From the NCBI RefSeq assembly GCF_006345805.1, contig NC_042999.1, positions 16,058,001 to 16,122,000 of the forward strand: DNA of 64,000 nt, read 5' to 3'. Made by a program: the position numbers and the translations under genes. Source of the DNA: Octopus sinensis. Lineage: Eukaryota. This document shows, one piece after another, positions 1 to 11,295 of the stretch. Positions within the stretch are counted from its first letter, which is position 1; every line of letters starts with the position of its first letter. Under the pieces are notes generated by a model. It ran no database searches and was not told the DNA's origin. It saw nothing but the letters and a program-made list of their open reading frames with translations.

Positions 1-464
1 AACATGCATAATGAGCTGGAATTTGATCAACATGCAATTAGCAGACAACATATGCATATAAGTGACCTGAAGTCTATTTGCATAGAGAACTGAAATTTGA
101 ACAACAAACTGTGTGCTAGCTACGCAGATGTATGCATAAATGTTGGAAGAGCTTACACGAACAGTATGCTAACTGAACTAATTGTAGAGCAAACAGCTCT
201 TCTGAACAAAAAAATATATTTAGCCAATGTGCTGAAATTTGAACAACTGCAAGGAGACTGTACATGATTATAAGTGGGTAGGAAAGCATGTATAAATGGT
301 TTGTTTACATCTATGTAGGTTGCAAATTTTCATATTTTATATAGAATATAATATTTTGCGTATTTTTTGCTAAAAACATAATCATGGACCGACAAAAACA
401 AGACAAAGTCAAAAACATGTGCTCACATACTCACAGAAACACATTTGTGTACATATATATAAAC

Positions 465-508
<44 letters not shown>

Positions 509-553
509 ATGATAAATCTCAGAGTGAGTTATAAACAGTAGCGGTAACACATC

Positions 554-847
554 GTGACGCATATTTGCCATTTGAATATGGCTAACCCCTAAGGGTGGAT
601 GCTACTGTAGTTTGTAGCCCCAGGAAGATATCTTCTCCAGCTGGCTATAGACACACTATCTGTGTCCTCTCAGTATTTGTGAAGGGAAGTCATCCTCCCC
701 GTCTTCAACTCATGATACACAGAAATACTGAGAGGACACAGATAGTGTGTCTATAGCCAGCTGGAGGAGATATCTTCCTGGGGCTACAAACTACAGTAGC
801 ATCCACCCTTAGGGGTTAGCCATATTCAAATGGCAAATATGCGTCAC
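554..847. repeat. Fold-back (MITE-like) element, ~128-bp inverted arms, ~37-bp loop
   Basis: 554-681 (gtgacgcatatttgcc...cagtatttgtg) is the near-perfect reverse complement of 718-847 (...ggcaaatatgcgtcac); TA runs lie nearby on both sides. Confidence 0.85.
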
Positions 848-986
848 AATATCTTTAAATATATATATATATATACATATATATGTATACATATATATCA
901 ATACATATATATGCATATAAGAATTTTTTGCGTAATAAGATAATAAACCAAGGCTGTATAGATATTAGAGCATTTGTAGATAGAAG

Positions 987-1038
987 GTCTTACAGCTGTT
1001 TCTAGGATATTAATTAATAATATCCCTTCATCGGAGAC
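987..1038 (-). ncRNA. Hammerhead-like motif (type I, minimal), C4 core variant
   Basis: Minus strand reads gtct CCGATGA agggatatt-attaatt-aatatcct a GAA ACAGCTGT a agac: stem I gtct/agac, stem II, palindromic stem III, GUA triplet. Core has C at position 4 and an extra nt before GAAA. Confidence 0.5.
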
Positions 1039-1366
1039 AGTGTGAGAGGAAAAATTTGAACCCTTTATTCACAATATTACCAAATCTGGAACTTAACTAT
1101 GGTCTGTCTATAGCACTTATTCAGCATTACCTAATACCTTTGGGTCTCAATGACACCATTATCTCTTATAACCTCAATATATATGCATATATATATATAT
1201 AATATATATATATACATACAAATAAAGGTTACAAGCCTCATTGAGGGATAGCAAAATCCTATGGAAGTTCTGGTTAGTTACCTGTACAGAGAGTGTTGAA
1301 CATTACAGATAATACTCAACTGCAAGATAACTATATAAACCATGATTTATATATATATTTATTTAT

Positions 1367-1490
1367 TATAATCAGGTGAGAAAATAGAGAGGTAATTTAT
1401 AAAATTATTTATTAATTAAAAAATTCATAATTTTTTAAATCAATAAATAATAATTTTATTAATTACTTCTCTATTTACTTATTTTGTTAT
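1367..1490. repeat. AT-rich fold-back, ~60-bp arms
   Basis: aaatagagaggtaatttataaaattatttatt...aaaaaatt / aattttt...aataaataataattttattaattacttctctattt around a 3-nt loop, between TA runs. Confidence 0.65.
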
Positions 1491-1561
1491 CATATATATA
1501 TATACATACTGGAACCAGTATAGTGTTATTGGACGCTCAGGAAAAGAAGGAAAGAAGGAGG

Positions 1562-1596
1562 GTTTAACGTTTCAAGCAGAGCTCTTCATCAGAAAC
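1562..1596 (-). ncRNA. Minimal type I hammerhead ribozyme motif (Penelope pLTR-type)
   Basis: Minus strand reads gttt CTGATGA a gagc-tct-gctt GAAA cg t t aaac: canonical core, stem I gttt/aaac, stem II gagc/gctt, palindromic AACGTT at stem III. Confidence 0.7.
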
Positions 1597-1709
1597 ATAG
1601 GAAAAGGAAAGATCCAAAGAAGGGAAGACGGAGGAAAAAAATCGCCAACGGTACACATGCGGTCATACACACATCATCATCATCATATTTGTGGAAGATA
1701 GTGGTGTCG

Positions 1710-1912
1710 TACAACTGGCACCTGTGTCACTCGCACGTAAAAGCACCAATTACACTCTCAGAGTGGTTGGCATTAGGAAGGGCATCTAGCCATAGAAACC
1801 ATGCCAAATCAGACTGGTGTCTGGTGCAGCCCCTCAGCTTACCAGTTCTGGTCAAACTGTACAGCCCATGCCAGCATGGACAATGAATGTTGAATGATGA
1901 TGATGATATATA
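1710..1912 (+). mobile_element. Family C repeat (RTE LINE 3'-UTR-like, (GAT)n tail)
   Basis: gagtggttggcattaggaagggcatc...catgccagcatgg...gatgatgat matches the 3' UTR of the RTE fragment at 59815-60348. Confidence 0.8.
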
Positions 1913-1981
1913 TGTATATATGTGTGTGTGTATGTATATAAATATATATATACATACACACATATATATATGCATATATAT

Positions 1982-2017
<36 letters not shown>

Positions 2018-2078
2018 TTGGCCTTAGGGTCTGACGAGACATCCATGGGGCTAAGCCCTTTGTGGATGCAAAATCATT

Positions 2079-2458
2079 GGCCCAGTTAGAATTTTCTTCA
2101 GAACAAGTAGCCCATCCCATTCAAAACATCCCTGAATAAGGGTTGTTTAAGGATGTTGAATGAAATACCCACATTTCCAAATGGGAATTATCCAAACCCC
2201 AAAGAATTCCTCTCAACACATGGCTATGATGCTCCCCCACTACTTCTGCTTGTGATCAGAGATGCACATATCATCAGCAACTAAGGGACATACTTAACTG
2301 GTTAAGATCAAACAACTGACAAGCAAATCTGTGGTATTGAGCAGAATATTTGCTGTAGTTTTGTCTTTTACACCAAGACAAAACAATGTAGATGATAACA
2401 CTTCCAATCAGTTAAGACCAGAAGGCAACAGAGCCACAGCTTGGTACTGCATCAGGAC
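2079..2458. mobile_element. Truncated copy of ~550-bp (TTA)n-flanked interspersed repeat
   Basis: Colinear with 48295-48670 (gcccagttagaattttcttcag...ggtactgcatcag); followed by (TAT)n. Confidence 0.8.
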
Positions 2459-2459
2459 A

Positions 2460-2504
2460 TTTATAATTATTATTATTATTACTATTATTATTATTATTAT
2501 TATA

Positions 2505-2545
<41 letters not shown>

Positions 2546-2615
2546 CATCATCATCAACATCATCGTCATCATCAATATCATCATCATCATCACCACTATC
2601 AATATTACTATCATC
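2460..2615. repeat. (TAT)n/(CAT)n microsatellite
   Basis: Directly visible; explains the poly-I/Y/M ORFs. Confidence 0.95.
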
Positions 2616-2982
2616 ACATTGTCAAAGACTGGGTCTTTGAATTCATTTCTATCACATTCCTGACAACAATGACAATTTATTTATTCTCCTTTATGCCAAT
2701 TTCTCCCCTCTTAGTAACAGAATATAGAAATAATGCCAATAATAGGTGTCACAATCACCTTTTGTTCAGAACGTGTTAAATGAGGTCTTTTTATTCGAAG
2801 CTCATATGATATATTAATTTAACTTGGAATGCCTTTGCATTGATAATGCATAATTTTCAGATTTCAAGATTGCTCTGCATATGTCTAACCTTATATTTGT
2901 TTATGTAAAATTTAAATTAATTATTGAACACTATATTATCAAAGAAATGTAAAGAAAATGTGTCAACGATATCTAATATTCA

Positions 2983-3650
2983 TCGTCATCATCATCATCA
3001 TCGTTTAACGTCCGCTTTCCATGCTAGCTTGAGTTGGACGATTTGACTGAGGTCTGGTGAACTAGACTCCAATCTTGATCTGGCAGAGTTTCTACAGTTG
3101 GATGCTCTTCCTAACGCCAACCACTCAAAGAGTGTATTGGCTGCTTTTACATGCCAGTTAGGTAGTACTGGCAATGGCCACGCTCAAATGGTGCTTTTTA
3201 TGTGCCACCTGCACAGGAGCCAGTCCGCTTTCCATGCTAGCATGGGTTGGACGATTTGACTGAGGTCTGGCGAACCAAACTCCAATCTGATTGGCAGAGT
3301 TTCTACAGCTGGATGCTGTTCCTAATGCCAACCACTCCGAGACTGTAGTGCCTTTACGTGCCACCGGCATGAGGGCCAGTCAGGTAGTACTGGCAATGAC
3401 CACGCTCGAATGGTGCTTTTTATGTGCCACCTGAACAGGAGCCAGTCCAGAAGCACAGGCAACGACTTTGCTCAAATGTTTTTTTTCACGTGCCACCAGC
3501 ACAAGTGCTAGTAAGGCAACACAGGTAACAATCACGCTCAAATGGTGTTTTTAACGTGCCATCGGCACAGAGGCCAGCTTGTTGCTCTGGCAATGATCTC
3601 ACTTGCATGGTACTCTTAGCGCTCCACTAGCATGCCAGTCACCAAGTTTG
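2983..3650 (-). mobile_element. Family C repeat with internal tandem sub-repeats
   Basis: (cat)n cgtttaacgtccgctttccatgctagc start; duplicated blocks ggtagtactggcaatg...gtgccacctgcacaggagccagtcc. Confidence 0.85.
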
Positions 3651-3929
3651 ATTTCAATTTCGATTTTGATTGATTTCAACATTGATTTCAAATTTTGGCA
3701 CAAGGCTAGCAATTTTGAGCATAGGGTTAAGCTGATATCATCAACCCAAGCACTCAACTCATACTTATTTTGTTGACGCTGAAAGGATGAAAGGCAAAGT
3801 TGATCTCGGAGGAATTTGAACTCAAAGCATGAAGACAGGTAAAATACTGCTCAGGATTCTGTCTGATTGCTGCCTGAACAATGGGTAATATTACAACAGG
3901 AAAACAAGGCAACAAGCTCCAGCAGAATT

Positions 3930-4340
3930 TTTAACATGCTGAGCAAAATACTTGGCAGCATTTCGTCTGTCTTCATACTCTGAGCTCAAATTCCACCAAG
4001 GTCAACTTTGCCCTTCACCTTATTGGGGTTGATAAAATGAGTACCAGTTGAGCACTGGGGTCGATATAATCGCCTTGGTTGTACTCCTGGTATTGCTGGC
4101 CTAGTGCTAAAATTTGAAACCAGTATTGCAACAGGAAAGCAAGGCAGTGAGCTGGTAGAATAATTAGCATGCCAGGTAAATGCTTAGTGGCATTTTGTCC
4201 ATCTTTATGTTCTGAGTTCAAATTCTGCCAAGGTCAGAGTAGATGAAATAAATACCAGATTAGCACTCGGGTCAATGTAATTGACTTATCCCACATCTGA
4301 ATTTGCTGGCCTTGTGCTAAACTTTGAAAGCAGTATTAGA
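3930..4340 (+). mobile_element. SINE family B, two degenerate tandem copies
   Basis: B-box-like gagytcaaattc followed by ggtcaactttgcc and taccag...cactggggtc core. Confidence 0.75.
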
Positions 4341-4483
4341 ACAGGAAATCTAAGCATGCTATATATTCAGTTTACTTTTTGAATCTGAAATTAAGTAAAA
4401 AAACAACAATATAAAAAGAATGCAAAAATGTGAAGTAAGTGCTAGCATACTAAATGTCGTCAACAAGATAACTTTAATTAAAA

Positions 4484-4872
4484 TGTTAGCATGCTGGGCG
4501 AAATGCCTGCCGGTATTTCATTAGCCGTCACATTCTGAGTTCAAATTCCACCAAGGTCGACTGTGCCTTTCTTCCTTTCTGGGTCGATAAATTAAGTACC
4601 AGTAACGCACTGGGGTCGATGTAATCGATTTAATCCGTTTGTCTGTCCGTGTTTGTCCCCTCTGTGTTTAGTCCCTTGTGGGTAGTAAAGAAATAGGTAT
4701 TTCATCAGCCATTACATTCTGAGTTCAAATTCCACCAAGGTCGACTTTGCCTTTCATCCTTTCAGGGTTGATTAAATAAGTACCAGTTAATTACTGAGGT
4801 TGATGTAATCTACTTAAACTCCTTGTTTGTTCCCTCTATGTTTATTACCCCTGTGGGTACTAAAGAAATAAA
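4484..4872 (+). mobile_element. SINE family B with internal duplication
   Basis: gttagcatgctgggcgaaatg...gagttcaaattcc...gcctttcatccttt...gtgggtagtaaagaaata; core present twice. Confidence 0.85.
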
Positions 4873-5070
4873 TTATTTGTGCTTAATTCATATCAAAGAA
4901 AGGTATATATATATTATTTTCTTTTATCTTTTACTTGTTTAAGCCTTCGGTCTGCAGCAATACCAGGGCATCACTTTGAAGGATTTAGTTAAAAGAAACT
5001 GGCACCGGAGTATTTTTTCTTAATATGGTGTTTATTCTGTTGATCTTTTACAGAACAGCTAAGTTATATA

Positions 5071-5228
5071 GTTGGCATTAGGAAGGGCATCCAGCCATAG
5101 AAATCATGTCAAAACAGATGATTGGAGCCTGGTGCAGCCCTCTGGCTTGCCAGCTTCTGCCAAACCATCCAACCCATGCTTGCATGGAAAACAGACGTTA
5201 AATGATGATGACAATGATGATGATGATC
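5071..5228 (+). mobile_element. Family C fragment
   Basis: gttggcattaggaagggcatccagcc...gacgttaaatgatgatg. Confidence 0.8.
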
Positions 5229-6448
5229 TACTTATTTTATTTTCCTTAATTAATTTTATGTAATTATACTTATAGAGATTCTCCCCAAACTTTCCTTATT
5301 AATAAAAGTCTTTGTCCACCGATCCAAGTTCGCCCAAAAAGATTAGGTTCTCCAACTAAGAGGCAAAATTTCAATTCTCTCAGAATTTATTGAATATGTC
5401 ATTCAGTGCATCACCATCAACCTGAATTATTCATAGAACATGTAGGCTACATCTTTATTAATTTCATTGATTTTCTGTCTGTTTTTTCCATGCTGGCTTG
5501 GATTGGACTTTCCTACATTCTGTTTGTGACTACTATTTCATGATGTTGTCACTGGGATTTGCATGGTAACATGCTCTTTCTGTCAGCATTTGCTGTAAAA
5601 GGGTAGGCTAGGAAATTCTATCAGGATAACAGCTCTAAAGAAATTTCCTTCTGACTTTTGGATCATTCTTACTATACTTTTATATTTTAGTTTAGGCAGA
5701 AGTGGAGGGGCAGTGATAATGACATTTTTATTCAAGGTTCTGTACTTGTACTTGTGGCAACATTCACCCTGGGTGGGTTGAGTCAGCTTCTTCTACCATG
5801 GAAGAAGTTTCGTGGGAACGTGTGGATTTCACAAGCGGTCCCCAACAATCCCGCATGTAGAGACATCCTGTTTGCTGCAGATTGTCCACAGACGCAGGGA
5901 CAGAATGACCGAGGAGCCGCCGGTTGCCGAAACAGACACTCCGAGGATTTTCACCAGGTTGTGGCCCTAATACCACTCAGTGTCAGACCAATCCGAATTG
6001 GGTGGCCCTACCAAGAACCAAAGTTCCTGATGGCATAGCTCTGACACTACCCAATGCCAGTGTCCCTACCACGGTGAGGAGGGAATGGGCTTTGGGGATG
6101 CTAAGGTTCTGAGATTGTTGGCAACGTTATCATCAGACTAGAAAGCTGGATTGAATGCTTGCATCACTAATGGTGGAGTCAACCCTGTTTGTGAGTGTTG
6201 AGGGAGCATTACATTTAAGTATAAAAACTAAGAACAGGAACAGCCCTTCTGACATAATACCACGCAGTTTCCATGTACCAAATTTCAGTCACAAAAATCT
6301 GGTTCCCTCAAGGTTAGCAGAGAAAATATTTACTTCACCAAGGTTCCATGCAGTGGGTTTGACCCCAAAACCACATGGCTGCAAAGCCAACTTCTTAATT
6401 ACGCAGCCATGCCTTCTGGCTTCAATAAGCAAAACTAATAAGAATAGA

Positions 6449-6690
6449 TGGTAGAGGCACGTGGCTTAGTGGTTAGGGTGTCAGCATCATGATCGTAAGA
6501 TTGTGGTTTCGATTCCTGGACCGGGCAACGCGTTGTGTTCTTGAGCAAAACACTTCATTTCACTTTGCTCCAGTCCACTCAGCTGGCAAAAATGAGTAAC
6601 GCTGCAATGGACTGGCGTTCCGTCCAGCTGGGGAACACATACGCCATGGAAACTGGGAAACTGGGCCCATGAGCCTGGCTAGGCTTTAAA
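6449..6690 (+). mobile_element. SINE family D (tRNA-derived head)
   Basis: A-box tggcttagtgg (6462-6472), B-box-like ggtttcgattcc (6505-6516), then gtgttcttgagcaaaacactt core; related copies near 24095(-), 28315(+), 29485(+), 53885(-), 54700(-). Confidence 0.8.
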
Positions 6691-7011
6691 GAATAAGAAT
6701 AGATATTTGGCTGAGATGAAACAAAACTAGTTAAAATAACTAGATGCAACTTAAAAAGAGGATTTTCAACTAAATTTAGAACTGCTTAAAGATAGGAGTT
6801 ATGATTTATTCTCTTATCTTCTTAGGTTATTTCAGTTCAGTAAATCCCTCTGTAATGGAGAGATTAAGTTACCTTATAAATACAATTTTAGGTGATTAGC
6901 TAACACCGGCTGAATTTATATTTTTCTACAGTTGTGTTGTAAAGTTTCTAGATTGAAAGCTTCCTTCCATGTATCTTATCTAATCTAGGTGTTAAAAACA
7001 GAACTAGACAT

Positions 7012-7348
7012 TCTCTCTTTTACTTGTTTCAGTCATTTGACTGTGGCCATGCTGGAGCACCGCCTTTAGTTGAGCAAATCATCCCCAGGACTTATTCTTT
7101 GGAAGCCTAGTACTTATTCTATCAGTCTCTTTTGCTGAACCGCTAAGTTACAGGGACGTAAACACACCAGCATCAGTTGTCAAGTGATGTTGGGGGGACA
7201 AACACAGACACACAAACATATACACACACATACATATGCATATACATATATACGACAGGCTTCTTTCAGTTTCTGTCTACTAAATCCACTCACAAGTCTT
7301 TGGTCGACCCGAGGCTATAGTAGAAGACACTTGCCCAAGGTGCCATGC
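7012..7348 (-). mobile_element. SINE family A (5'-truncated)
   Basis: Reverse complement of the full-length copy at 29852-30240. Confidence 0.9.
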
Positions 7349-8024
7349 ATGTGATGTATATGTTTGTGTGTCCCCCTCACTATTGCTCGACAACTGATGC
7401 TGGTGTGTTTACGTCCCCATAACTTAGTGGTTCGGCAAAAAGAGATCGATAGAATAAGTACTAGGCTTACAAAGAATAAATCCTGGGGTCAGTTTATTTG
7501 ACTAAAGGCGGTGCTCCAGCATGACTGAAACAAATAAAAGACAAAAAAAAAATAAACCCAAAAGATACAATATGATTTACATAAGTTATTTAATTTTAGT
7601 CACTAGAATACAAATTTCCACTTAGACGAAACTAAATCTTCATACTAAATCTTATGTACTAACTTTATTAACTGGTTTCAATAGTTCAGTATTTAGTTGG
7701 ATGTTATGACAATAGCTTATACCAAAGTAACTGCTATGATGATAAACTCTTCATTACTGTATATGCTAGACAGCAACAAATTAATTAATAGTATTTCTGA
7801 ATGATAAATATATAATTTAAGAGCCTTATGACTTCTTCATTCAAACTTCAAGTAGCATTTATGATTAAAATTGATTTTGTAACTTTTACTAATAATTAAG
7901 TTATAATAATGTTATATATGAGTTTACCTCAAATGCTTAAATGAGTTGAAGTCAATATCCTAATATTCATAACATTAATGTAGATATACTTTGTTGTAAT
8001 AAGAGTTTCTTGGAATTATTTGTA

Positions 8025-8545
8025 AGGTAGAGAGCTGACAGAATCATTAGCACACCGGGCGAAATGTGTAGCCGTATTTCATCTGCCGTTATGTTCTGAG
8101 TTCAAATTCTGCCGAGGTCGACTTTGCCTTTCATCCTTTCAGGGTCGATAAATTAAGTAGCAGTTATGCACTGGGGTCGATATAATCGACTTAATCCCTT
8201 TGTCTGTCCTTGTTTGTCTTCTCTGTGTTTAGCCTCCTGTGGGTAGTAAAGAAATAGGTATTTCGTCTGTCTTTACATTCTGAGTTCAAATTCTACAGAG
8301 GTCGACTTAACTTTCATTCAAAAGGATGAAAGTTAAGTCAACCTCGCCAGAATTTGAACTCAGAGGTCGATAAATTAAGTACCAGTAGTGTACTGGGGTT
8401 GATCTAATCGACTGGACCCCTCCCCCAAAATTTCTGGCCTTGTGCCTAGAGTAGAAAAGATTATTTGAGGTGGTGAGCTGGCAGAAACATTAGCATGCCA
8501 GGTGAAATGCTTAGCAGTATTTTGTCTGTGTTTATGTTCTGAGTT
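8025..8545 (+). mobile_element. SINE family B cluster (one full plus partial copies)
   Basis: gagctgacagaatcattagc...gagttcaaattctgccgaggtcgactttgcc repeated. Confidence 0.85.
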
Positions 8546-8762
8546 CAAATTCTGCCAAGGTCGAACAGCCGCTTCTACTGAGTACTGCTGTTGGTTTATT
8601 TCTTATACATAAAGGACTATAGCTTCAACTGCGTACTGCTTTTTGATTTACCGTAAGGGTTGTTGTTATTATTATTAACTATTGTTATCACGTTTGTTGG
8701 TTCCTTGTAAGGGAAACGTTGTGTTGCATTTGTTAAATAATTGTAAACTGTAACCCTCCCCC

Positions 8763-8949
8763 TAGTCACTCCTGTGCCATAGCCACTCCTGTGCCATAGC
8801 CACTCCTGTGCCATAGTCACTCCTGTGCCATAGCCACTCCTGTGCCATAGTTACTCCTGTGCCATAGTCACTCCTGTGCCATAGTCACTCCTGTGCCATA
8901 GCCACTCCTGTGCCATAGTTACTCCTGTGCCATAGCCACTCCTGTACCA
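8763..8949. repeat. 17-bp minisatellite, 11 copies (tagYYactcctgtgcca)
   Basis: Units counted directly: 8763-8779, 8780-8796 ... 8933-8949. Confidence 0.95.
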
Positions 8950-9093
8950 TTGATTCACATTTCTTTTGAATTAACCATATTTTATCTGATAGCTTCAAGA
9001 TTATGATAATGTGATTGTTATTTTTAGCCTGACATTGTAGGTTAGGTTGAGAGGCCTGATCTGACCAGTTTGAACATAAAACAGGTAGATAAT

Positions 9094-9328
9094 AAGGCGG
9101 CAAGCTGGCAGAAACGTTAGCACATCGGGCGAAATGCTCAGCGGTATTTTGTTTGCCGCTACGTTCTGAGTTCGAATTCCGCCGAGGTCGACTTTGCCTT
9201 TCATCCTTTCGGGGTCGATAAATTAAGTACCAGTCACGCACTGGGGTCGATATAATCGACTTAATTCGTTTGTCTGTCCTTATTTGTCCTCTCTGTGTTT
9301 AGCCCTTTATGGGTAGTAAAGAAATAGG
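9094..9328 (+). mobile_element. SINE family B, near full length
   Basis: aaggcggcaagctggcagaaacgttagc...gagttcgaattccgccgaggtcgactttgcctttcatcctttcggggtcgataaattaagtacc...gtaaagaaatagg. Confidence 0.9.
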
Positions 9329-9694
9329 AAGATAATTTGGGGCAAGTATGGCTGGTATAAGTGCTTAGCGGTTAAGTGTGTTAGGTTGATAGAAACTGAA
9401 AGAAGCCCATCATATGTGTATATGTGTGTATGTCTGTATATAAGTGCATATGTGTGTGTGTGTTTGTGCCTTTGTCTCCTTGTTATGTTGTAAATGGTCA
9501 TCACTGAAGCAATGTTGCTTGTTTCCAATCTTTCATGAAAACATATCTAGTTATATGAAAATATTACGATTCTAGGAAATGGATGAGAGGCGGCAACAGG
9601 AAGGGCTTCCAGCTGTTCAAAATCTGCCTCAAGCATGGAAAAGTGAACATTAAAATGATAATGATTTGTGTCTGCTGTGTGTGTGCATATATAC

Positions 9695-9738
<44 letters not shown>

Positions 9739-10157
9739 TTATGATTATTTATGATATTGGGTTTTTCATATTCATGAAAAGTTAGTCTTTTATTTTTATA
9801 TCAAATGAAGAACAAAGCAGCAATTACACCAAGTGTAATTCACTTCAAATCTGATTTTTCAAGGTGATTCTTTGTTTTTAGTTGTCAAAATCTTGGCAAC
9901 ATATCTGACTAAAGACAATGGAATTTGTACAGAGCATTTCAAAACATTTTTTTCTTTTCTCATCATCTCACATTAAATCTCAGGTTAATACACATATATG
10001 TGTATTGTATGTGTGTATGTATAAATATATGTACATATACATACATATATATATATAACGGGAAGCTTTATGAAAATAAACAAAAGACGAAGGCAGGTGG
10101 AAAACAAACGAACAATTGTATTAGTATATATATGTATATATATATATAATACATCAA

Positions 10158-10202
<45 letters not shown>

Positions 10203-11295
10203 TATATATATACATATACACACACACATATATATATACACACACATATATATAACAACACAGCTTTTTTAATAACTGTGCATAGTGATTTTTTTACAAT
10301 AGTAAACAGTTAGTTTAAAATTTATAGATATAAATTTTTATGTTTTCGGGGTTTATTTATTTTTTTTTTTTTGCTTTCTGTTTCCTTTTTTTCGCTTTTT
10401 TAACAAAACAGATGCTGTCAGATTTTGATAGTATTTTTCGTTTATATTTGTTTTTTATACTGAATTTTGTTGTGAGTTAGTATATGAAAGTGATATATTT
10501 CCAATTAGCACATATCAGGATTACAGCACACCACATCTTTTCCTCAACTAATATAAAACGTTTACATTTATATATAATTTCAAGTGAAAATGTGAAGGAG
10601 AATTAAACTGCAGATTTTGGTTTCACCTACATTTCGCTCATACCTTATCCAAATATCAACTAACAAGTGACCAAATGTTTATTCTACGGATATAAAATGA
10701 ATGAAAAATAAATAAATAAAAAGCAACACTTTCAATTTCTGAAAAATTGTTTCGTTTACTATTTGTCTTTCAAAAGTCCTAATTAATTGGAAACATCAGA
10801 ATTTTAGCCAATTTCACGACTTCCTAACAAGCGCACAAGCAATCAAGGAGAAAAATAAACAACATTGAATTTTGAAAAATAGTTTCATTGAAATAAACTA
10901 ACATCTAATTGGAGTATTATTATACTATGAAACACTTCATATCTTTCCTGCAAGAAACTAAGAGACCTTAATTACCTAGTGGTTTGCACTATTACAGAGA
11001 GCAAGACCAAAATTTAGTCTCTTTTATCTATATGTCTAACTTGTTTTAGTCATTAGACTGTAGCCATGCTGGGGGCACTGACTTGAAGATTTATTTTGTT
11101 TTTTAGTCAAATGAACCAATCCCATGTTTTTGACTCTGGGACTTATTTTATTGGTCTCTTTTGCCCACATGGTTGCAAAGCAGGCTTCTTAACTTCACAG
11201 CTATACCTGCATCAATCATTGTTAGTTAGCTAAAATATAATAATTAAACATAGGTCAGCACACAAGAGTGCAAATTATGATATATCACTTTATAT

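Noticed and set aside
14-247. Motif gaRctgRaatttgaWcaac seen three times
   Set aside because: Irregular spacing, no open frame linking the copies, truncated by the window edge.
675-725. Loop of the 554-847 fold-back resembling a hammerhead on the minus strand (ttgaaga..cccttc acaaa)
   Set aside because: GAAA is absent and U3 is not compensated at position 8.
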